Source: Solirubrobacterales bacterium (GTDB lineage: Bacteria > Actinomycetota > Thermoleophilia > Solirubrobacterales > JACPNS01). From it: DNA of 43,640 nucleotides. Shown piece by piece: positions 37,158 through 43,640 of this stretch. Where the stretch lies: NCBI GenBank assembly GCA_049608465.1, contig JBMYXO010000001.1, forward strand, positions 23,609 to 67,248, in the 5' to 3' direction. A program made the position numbers and the translations under genes. How positions within the stretch are numbered: the first letter of the stretch is position 1; every line of letters begins with the position of its first letter. The notes below the pieces were generated by a model that saw nothing but the letters and a program-made list of their open reading frames with translations, had not been told where the DNA came from and searched no databases.

Positions 37158-38298
37158 TCGGTCGCCAGAGCGCTACGCCGGTGTTCTTGTCGGCAACCGC
37201 GTGGCCGGCTGGCAGGTCGTGACAGGCCGTCGGCGCTTTCAGCGTCGGCCGAACGCAGATCCGCGTTCCCGACGGCAGACCGTCGAGTCCGAACGTCGGA
37301 TGTCCGAAACTGACGATTCGTCGCGACTGGGCGTCGAATGAGAATCCGAACTCCAGGCTGTTGCGGCTGAGGTCCGGTTCGAACGGCGACGAAATCCGCG
37401 TGCGTTTGCGCGTGCGCACCGACAGCCCGCACAAACCGTCTTCCGGCAACGCGGCACAGTTGCCGACCGCCGCCCTGCCACTGGGCGCAACGTCAAAGGT
37501 GTCACCCGGCAACAACGCTGGCCGCCGAGCACCTATTCGAAGCAATTCGGTGTCGCCGGTGTCCAGGTGCAGCCAGAACGAATTCGTGCCCGGCAGATAC
37601 GAGCCGATGGCTATGCGATCGCCGACTGCGGCCTGATGAATCACCGGCGGACGTGTCTTCGCGCGATGAGCACCGGATGCAGCGAGGCGAACGAGTCGTC
37701 TGCGATCTGGCACGGCGGCGACAGATCGATTGTTGCCGATGAAGGCTACGCGGGACCGCGCGAGTCGACTCGTGAAGCAGGCGCTGATCCGACGCAGGGA
37801 TGGGCGAGCGACGGAGATGACCGCGACGGCGTGACCGCCGCGCGCACAACCGGCGCCCGAGCGACGCTTGAACGAGGCGACCAACGCGATGCGCTTGCCG
37901 TCGGGGGAAAACGCCGGCGCGCCGATCGTTTCTGCCCTGGCAAGTCGGCGAAGCCCGCCGCCACCTCGTCGTACGGTGAAGAGTTCGGCCCGCGGTGCGG
38001 TGGCCGTGCCATTGCCACTGACCGCCACGGTGCTGACAAATGCGATCGACTCGCCGCTTGGCTGCCAAGCAAAGCTCTGGAGTGCGAGGAAGCGGTCGTT
38101 GCCGACGATCAGATGCTTGAAAGCGCCTGAGAGTGGATCGAACGTGTAGAGCCGATCGCGAGCAACGCCACCCGGGTCATTCGCCTTCATGAGAAGCGCC
38201 AGATCAGGCGCGGCGGCAGCGCCTACCGGAAACAAGAGGCATGCGGAAACCGTCGCTACTGCGACGAAAATCCGTCGATTCAAGTTGAATCTGTTCAT
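37150..38298 (-). CDS. Secreted TolB-like (PD40) beta-propeller protein, highly basic
   Basis: Signal peptide ...FPVGAAA; repeats FAWQPSGESIAFV and APAFSPDGKRIALV. Confidence 0.78.
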   Translation of the reverse strand: MNRFNLNRRIFVAVATVSACLLFPVGAAAAPDLALLMKANDPGGVARDRLYTFDPLSGAFKHLIVGNDRFLALQSFAWQPSGESIAFVSTVAVSGNGTATAPRAELFTVRRGGGGLRRLARAETIGAPAFSPDGKRIALVASFKRRSGAGCARGGHAVAVISVARPSLRRISACFTSRLARSRVAFIGNNRSVAAVPDRRRLVRLAASGAHRAKTRPPVIHQAAVGDRIAIGSYLPGTNSFWLHLDTGDTELLRIGARRPALLPGDTFDVAPSGRAAVGNCAALPEDGLCGLSVRTRKRTRISSPFEPDLSRNSLEFGFSFDAQSRRIVSFGHPTFGLDGLPSGTRICVRPTLKAPTACHDLPAGHAVADKNTGVALWRPTT

Positions 38299-38470
38299 CC
38301 TCAGCCCCGTGGCACGTCGCATCTGCGATTCGAAAAAACTATCTGGTTCCAGCCGCAGGTGAGACGTTTTGCAATTTCCGGTGTTGTTAACTCCTCGAGG
38401 CACTGAACTGCTCGCGCGAAACCGCCAACTGCGATCCCGGAACGACGACGCAGCCCATCAGAAGGAACAC

Positions 38471-39175
38471 ATGACCGACCACCAGAACTTCAAAGATCGC
38501 GACGCCGAGACTCACAAGCTCGATCCACGCGTGTGGGCTCCCCTCCGCGTCTGCCCGCAATGCTCGCTCGCCTGGGAATCGACCGGCGACTGGTGCCCTT
38601 CGTGCGGTACAGCGTTCGATCTGCGCGAGCGCGAGACTCGAGTGAACGCAGAGCAGGACGTCACGCGTGTGATGCCGGGTCGAACTGGCGAGCAGACCAC
38701 TGTCCGTACGTCACGCCCCAGGCGTGGAAATCAATCTCAGGCCGGTCGCGGCAACACTGCCGAGCGGCGCGTGGCACATGGACATGGCGGGCGCCGTAAT
38801 CCCGGCGCATCGAACTCGGCTTCGCCCGGTGATCGCTCGGGTGGCACTTTGAAACTGATCGCCACGGTCGTCGCATTCAGCCTCGCGATCGTGTTCGCTT
38901 TCGCGATCGGTCAGGAGACCCGCGCATCGAAGGACGAGGTTGACGCGCAGATCGCCCAGGCCGTCGATCAGACGAAAAGCAGCGCGGTGGCCAGCTTCCG
39001 CCGGTCATTCGAAGCGCAGCGCGACCGCCTGCAGACCGAATTCAATCAACGCGTGAAGGCGGCGGAGGAGCGTGCGCGTCAGCAGGGTCGCGCGGACGCC
39101 GAGGCGCAGAACTCGGGCGGCGGTGTCGTCGACCGCTTAGAGAAATGCCTGAAGAACTTCTTGCTCGACTGTTGA
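38471..39175 (+). CDS. Hypothetical membrane protein: zinc ribbon, single TM helix, coiled coil
   Basis: RBS AAGGA; CPQC-x8-CPSCG; TM LIATVVAFSLAIVFAFAIG; heptad-like C-terminal half. Confidence 0.8.
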   Translation: MTDHQNFKDRDAETHKLDPRVWAPLRVCPQCSLAWESTGDWCPSCGTAFDLRERETRVNAEQDVTRVMPGRTGEQTTVRTSRPRRGNQSQAGRGNTAERRVAHGHGGRRNPGASNSASPGDRSGGTLKLIATVVAFSLAIVFAFAIGQETRASKDEVDAQIAQAVDQTKSSAVASFRRSFEAQRDRLQTEFNQRVKAAEERARQQGRADAEAQNSGGGVVDRLEKCLKNFLLDC

Positions 39176-39176
39176 G

Positions 39177-40043
39177 TCATTCGCTCCGAACGCCCGGATG
39201 CAGATCCCAAGCTTCGCGATCGAGCGGAATCGACATCTCGCCGAGCCGCGGCTTGGCTTCGGTGACGGCCCACTCGTATGACTCGACGGTTCGGCGGACC
39301 AGTTGACGCCCACTGCTCGTTGGCTCGAGGGCGTGCTGCGCCGCACGGTCGAGAAGTTCGGCCTGTCCGCTGTCGATCAGTCGAAGTGGAGATCCGCCGG
39401 GGTCGACGACGTGGCCGTGGCGTGACACGTACACGAACAGCTTGCGCGGTGGTTGATGGACGGCGTCGCTCTGGAATCGCTCGCCATCGATCCTCGCGAG
39501 CAGGTAGTTGAACTCAGTCCAGGTCAGCGCGTGCAGTTGCTCTGCGGTCACCATCAGCAGCGAAACCTCGGCCGTCGCATCGGCGCACGGGACCAACGTG
39601 GCCGGTAGCGAACCGTACACCGCCAGGTGCGGCGAGTGACCAATCGCGTGGCCAGTGAGCAAGCCGTGTACGGCGATCAGTTCGCGCTGATCGGGAGGCA
39701 GATGGGCCAGCTTCTTCGCAAGCACTTCCGAACCGCGATTCGAACCAAACGCGAGCAGGGCGTAGCGCGTTCGATTGAGTGCGTCTGTGCTCGAAAATGC
39801 GCGCGCGAGTTGATCCTCGCGCAGCCGGTCAAGCGGAGTGACGGCACCGTCGCGCAGCCGATATCCGCCGCTGCCGAACGACTCACTCCACGGATACGAA
39901 ATCGCCCGCTGATAGTGCGCGTCAACGAATCGCTGTCCGCCGATCTGTCTTGCCAGACGAGCCGCCAACTCCTCGAATTCGTTGCCCGGCATCGCCAATC
40001 GGCGCAGCGTACGTTGATCGGCGATGGGCGGCCACCCACTCAT
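39177..40043 (-). CDS. Hypothetical protein, gamma-glutamylcyclotransferase-like fold
   Basis: LLAFGSN (cf. GGCT YFAYGSN), YGSLPATL and LTWTEFNY; 9 bp downstream of purC. Confidence 0.65.
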   Translation of the reverse strand: MSGWPPIADQRTLRRLAMPGNEFEELAARLARQIGGQRFVDAHYQRAISYPWSESFGSGGYRLRDGAVTPLDRLREDQLARAFSSTDALNRTRYALLAFGSNRGSEVLAKKLAHLPPDQRELIAVHGLLTGHAIGHSPHLAVYGSLPATLVPCADATAEVSLLMVTAEQLHALTWTEFNYLLARIDGERFQSDAVHQPPRKLFVYVSRHGHVVDPGGSPLRLIDSGQAELLDRAAQHALEPTSSGRQLVRRTVESYEWAVTEAKPRLGEMSIPLDREAWDLHPGVRSE

Positions 40044-40052
40044 CGCCGGTAC

Positions 40053-40952
40053 CTATACCGCGACGCGATCGAGCCAGGCGGTGAACGGTTCGCCGGTCAA
40101 TCGCTCGTATGCCTCGATGTAGCGCAGCTGAGTCTGCTCGACGATTTCCGGCGGAACCTCCGGTGCCGGCGGAGATTTGTCCCAACCAGTCGATCGGGCC
40201 CAGTCGCGTACGAACTGCTTGTCGAACGATGACTGAGCGCCACCGGGCTCGTATTCGTCGGCCGGCCAGTAGCGAGAGGAATCCGACGTGAGCACCTCGT
40301 CGCCAAGAGTGATCAGTCCGCTTTCGGGTTCGCGACCGAACTCAAACTTGGTGTCGGCGAGGATGATCCCCCTGGATTTGGCGTGCTCACGTGCGTGCTC
40401 GTAGATCGCGATGCTCAGTCGTTTGATCTCGTGGTAGGTCTCCGCGTCGCCACCCATCGCGGCGATTGCACCGGCGTCGTCGATGTTCTCATCGTGGTCA
40501 CCGATCGCAGCTTTTGTGGCTGGCGTGAAGATCGGTTCGGGCAACTCAGCGGATTCGAGCAGGCCGGATGGCAGGTCGATTCCGCAAACGGCGCCGGACC
40601 GCTGATAGTCGGACCAGCCGGAACCTGCGAGATATCCACGCACCACGCACTCGATCGGGAACATTTCGAGCCGCTTCACCTTCAATGCGCGCCCACGCAA
40701 TTCGATCGGAACGTCTTGCGTGGTGCTGATCAAGTGATTGTGAATCAACCCGCCGAGCTCACCGAACCAGAACACGCTGGTACCGGTGAGGACCTGACCC
40801 TTGCCGGGAATCGGATTCGGGTGAATCACGTCATAGGTACTGATCCGGTCGCTGGCGACCATCAGCAGATTGCCGTCAGAAAGTTCGTAGGTCTCGCGAA
40901 CCTTGCCGCGCGAAAGCAGGGGTAGGTCGGGTGTGAAGTCGGCGACGGCCAT
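40053..40952 (-). CDS. purC: SAICAR synthetase
   Basis: GKVRETY, ASDRISTYD, ECVVRGYLAGSGW, FTPATK, LADTKFEFG, DSSRYW, SFDKQFVRDW. Confidence 0.98.
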   Translation of the reverse strand: MAVADFTPDLPLLSRGKVRETYELSDGNLLMVASDRISTYDVIHPNPIPGKGQVLTGTSVFWFGELGGLIHNHLISTTQDVPIELRGRALKVKRLEMFPIECVVRGYLAGSGWSDYQRSGAVCGIDLPSGLLESAELPEPIFTPATKAAIGDHDENIDDAGAIAAMGGDAETYHEIKRLSIAIYEHAREHAKSRGIILADTKFEFGREPESGLITLGDEVLTSDSSRYWPADEYEPGGAQSSFDKQFVRDWARSTGWDKSPPAPEVPPEIVEQTQLRYIEAYERLTGEPFTAWLDRVAV

Positions 40953-41056
40953 GGGGTGATGCTAACGCCAGCCCGGCGAGCATCGGCACCGCGAAAGTTG
41001 GGCAACCGTAGTCGGTAGACCACGTGCAGGGCACGCGATTTTCGAGCGGCTGGGAG

Positions 41057-41665
41057 CTACGCGACGGCGAAATCCTCGCGCAACTGCGCGAGGTTGACGC
41101 GAACCTTCGATTTCGGCATCGCGAAGGAGCTGAGCTGCGCGTTTACCAACGGGCGCAACTGCGACTCCAGGTTCGTGATCTCGTCACGGTTGGTCACCTG
41201 GAACACCGCGAGGCTGAGGTGTTCATGCATCCACGCCGACAGCTTGGTCTCTGACGCGTCGAGCAGGTTGCCCTGTTTGTCGGTCTTCAGCGCGAGCGGC
41301 GACTTGAGCGCCGCCGCAAGACTTCGCCGAAATGCCGATCGAGCGGTGATGCCATTGAGTTGATCACCCTCGATACGCGACAGCAGAGTGTGGTGACTTG
41401 CGTTGCCGTTGGGCCACAACGTGCCGCCTGCCTGTCCGAAATACAGGCAGCCTTTCTTCACGCGGGCGTCGATCCCCTCTGAGAGCTGACGCGCTCCGGC
41501 GGTGTCGACCCACCAGGAGTAAAGCCCGCTTTTGGCCAGTCCTTCGAAGACTTCGGGCCAGTCCGACGCGTCAAAAAGTGTCGGCGAGTCGCATACCGCC
41601 GCATACGCCGTTTGGACTGTGCGAGGCGAACTAACGCGGGGTGCTTCTACCTTTGCCACGCTCAA
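41057..41665 (-). CDS. GIY-YIG nuclease-like protein
   Basis: SGLYSWW...CLYFGQAG...LLSRI...SAFRRSLAAAL...WMHEHL...LE. Start TTG 41665 or GTG 41659. Confidence 0.75.
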   Translation of the reverse strand: MSVAKVEAPRVSSPRTVQTAYAAVCDSPTLFDASDWPEVFEGLAKSGLYSWWVDTAGARQLSEGIDARVKKGCLYFGQAGGTLWPNGNASHHTLLSRIEGDQLNGITARSAFRRSLAAALKSPLALKTDKQGNLLDASETKLSAWMHEHLSLAVFQVTNRDEITNLESQLRPLVNAQLSSFAMPKSKVRVNLAQLREDFAVA

Positions 41666-41731
41666 AGTAATAGCCGGTTGAGAAGTGGAGTTTGCTCGAC
41701 GAGGCGCGAAACCGCAGCTGCCGACTTACGT

Positions 41732-42346
41732 TCAATAGCACTTCAAGTAGCGCACCGACATCCCGTCAACGGCTTTACCGTCGCCGCGATCGAAGCCGTG
41801 GTCACATTCCTCGACCACCACGACGTAGCCGCGCTGCGCGAGCATGGCGTCGAGGTATTTGCGGACCTTCTTGACGTCCTCACCAATTCCTGACCTCACC
41901 TTGGCCGGTGGTTTCGCTGGCTTGCCGTTTCGAAGCGTCCTTTCCCAGAAATTGCTCGCAAGCCTGAACTCGAAAACGGCGTCGAACAGAAAGTCCTTTC
42001 GCTTGCCCGGCGAAAACGGCTCCGTCCGCGAACCAAGACTTTCGCGATTGGCGATCACCAGGTCGATCGACGGTGGCCTCAGGCCTGCCTTCTTCTGATT
42101 GACCAACCACTGGCCCGGAGATACCTCCATGTGCAGGTCCTTCCATGGAACGCCGGCGTCGTTGAGCTGCCGCGCGAACTGCATCACGCAGTCGCGTTCA
42201 CTGAGGATCGATGGCCCACGATGGCTCACGACTGTGCCACTCGCGTTGCGAAGGTGTCCATCCGGCCAGGTCGGCTGCTTGCGCAACCAACGCTCCGTTG
42301 ACTTCAGCGCCGTCGCGATCTGCTTGTCAAGTTTGTTCCCAGCCAC
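41732..42346 (-). CDS. Hypothetical protein, possible PD-(D/E)XK restriction-endonuclease-like fold
   Basis: SERD helix, HMEV, SIDLVI, VFEFR and EDVKK occur in the PD-(D/E)XK order. The GTG start lies 6 nt after a TAAGAT -10. Confidence 0.6.
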   Translation of the reverse strand: MAGNKLDKQIATALKSTERWLRKQPTWPDGHLRNASGTVVSHRGPSILSERDCVMQFARQLNDAGVPWKDLHMEVSPGQWLVNQKKAGLRPPSIDLVIANRESLGSRTEPFSPGKRKDFLFDAVFEFRLASNFWERTLRNGKPAKPPAKVRSGIGEDVKKVRKYLDAMLAQRGYVVVVEECDHGFDRGDGKAVDGMSVRYLKCY

Positions 42347-42415
42347 ACATCGATCTTAGGGGCGGAGTGGTGAACAGGTGGTGACAATTTTGCGCGCCGC
42401 CCGTCACAAGTCAGC

Positions 42416-42886
42416 TCAGCTGATCTTCACGACCTTGAACGTACGTTTTTTGCCGTTCGGAAGACTGACTGTGACAACGTTGCCGACCGGTTTGCCGATC
42501 ACCGCTTCCGCGACTGGCGAACTGTTGGAGAGCTTTCCCGCGGCGACGTCCTGTTCGAACGAGGAGACGATCGTGTAGGTGACTTCCTTCTCGCTTTCGG
42601 TGTCGAGCAGGGTCACCGTCGAGCCGAAGCCGACTTCGCTGGCGCTGGTCGCGGCCTCCACGATCGTCGCGTTCTGCAGTTGATCGCGTAACTGGAGAAT
42701 TCGCGTTTCGAGAAAGCTCTGATCGTTCTTCGCGGCGTGGTATTCCGCGTTCTCCTTCAGGTCGCCGTCTTCACGTGCGACAGAGATCTTCTCGGCGATG
42801 GCCGGGCGATCGACAGTCTCGAGCTTTTCGATCTCTGCCTGAAGTTCCGCGTACGCGGCGGCAGACATTGGGTGTGACTCGTTCAT
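42416..42886 (-). CDS. greA: Transcription elongation factor GreA
   Basis: AREDGDLKENAEYHAAK, VGFGSTV, LSNSSPVAEAVIGK; RBS AAGGAAG. Confidence 0.96.
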   Translation of the reverse strand: MNESHPMSAAAYAELQAEIEKLETVDRPAIAEKISVAREDGDLKENAEYHAAKNDQSFLETRILQLRDQLQNATIVEAATSASEVGFGSTVTLLDTESEKEVTYTIVSSFEQDVAAGKLSNSSPVAEAVIGKPVGNVVTVSLPNGKKRTFKVVKIS

Positions 42887-42973
42887 GGTGGCTTCCTTTT
42901 GCGGTATCCCTAAGGTCAGAGAATCTATTGGCTCGCCCATCGGAGTTGTGCCATACCCGTCACAATCCCCGAC

Positions 42974-43606
42974 ATGGCAGACGACAACAGACTCACAGAA
43001 AAGCAACTTCGCGCGAATGACGCTACGCCGTTGACGTCGCGTTTCGACTACGCGGTGACTTTCGCCCGTATGGCTCACGGGGCTCAGCAGCGCAAGGGCA
43101 CGACAATCCCTTACATCTCGCACCTACTCGCAGTCGCGGGTCTAGTGCTGGAGATGGGCGGTTCCGAGGACGACGCGATTGCAGCGCTGCTGCACGACGC
43201 GATTGAAGACACCGGCGGGGTCGGCGTCGCGATGGAGAACGCGATCCGTGCCCAGTTCGGCGATGACGTGGCGCGAATCGTGCGCGCCAACTCCGACACC
43301 GAGGTCAAGCCCAAGCCGCCCTGGCGCGAACGTAAGCAGGCCTATCTCGACTCTTTGCCCGGCAAACGGCGCGATGAGCTGCTCGTGAGCCTGGCCGACA
43401 AACTGCACAACGCGCGGGCGGTGCTACTCGACCACCGGCAGATCGGCGACGAAATCTGGCAGCGCTTCAAAGCAGGTCGAGAACAACAGCTCTGGTACTA
43501 CGGCGAGCTGGAGGCGGCGTTTTCGGCGCGCGCCGACGAGCTCGGCCCGCTGGCCGCTCCGAAGCTCGACGACTTCTCGCGCGTGATCGACGAGCTCCGC
43601 GGCTAG
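42974..43606 (+). CDS. HD-domain hydrolase, Mesh1 / small alarmone hydrolase-like
   Basis: HGAQQRKGTTIPYISHLLAV, AALLHDAIEDT, PWRERK, LADKLHNAR. Confidence 0.9.
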   Translation: MADDNRLTEKQLRANDATPLTSRFDYAVTFARMAHGAQQRKGTTIPYISHLLAVAGLVLEMGGSEDDAIAALLHDAIEDTGGVGVAMENAIRAQFGDDVARIVRANSDTEVKPKPPWRERKQAYLDSLPGKRRDELLVSLADKLHNARAVLLDHRQIGDEIWQRFKAGREQQLWYYGELEAAFSARADELGPLAAPKLDDFSRVIDELRG

Positions 43607-43640
43607 TAGGCCTGATGTCGACCGCACGCGAGCGAGCCAC

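Noticed and set aside
1-43640. CRISPR array, rRNA, transposase or prophage genes
   Set aside because: No regularly spaced direct repeats or hallmark genes were seen on either strand.

Overview
High-GC chromosomal window. Gene content and protein style suggest an actinobacterium, probably Thermoleophilia/Solirubrobacterales (inference). Housekeeping content: the 3' end of a probable glutamate decarboxylase, ppx-ppk1, four dispersed tRNAs (Asp, Val, Glu, Lys), an interrupted purine cluster (purC ... purSQLF ... purNH, no purM here), greA and a Mesh1-like HD hydrolase. Accessory content: an L,D-transpeptidase, a five-gene NarL-type two-component cluster beside an MMPL transporter, a P450-TetR pair, a fasciclin lipoprotein, a MacB-like ABC transporter, secreted proteins with very basic C-terminal tails, and two degenerate nucleases. 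Two candidates stand out. (1) A 634-aa 'hypothetical' membrane protein (19755-21659) has two PmoC/AmoC-like DxxxH-x13/14-H metal motifs, then a PmoA-like segment and a soluble beta-rich domain. It may be a single-chain relative of copper membrane monooxygenases, and it sits opposite a Cys-free MerR-type regulator. (2) A three-gene operon ends in an ECF sigma factor fused to its own zinc-finger anti-sigma motif, a membrane anchor and a basic tail, and lies downstream of a G11 tract. No integrase, transposase, rRNA or CRISPR array was seen. All assignments come from motif recognition by eye; no searches were run.
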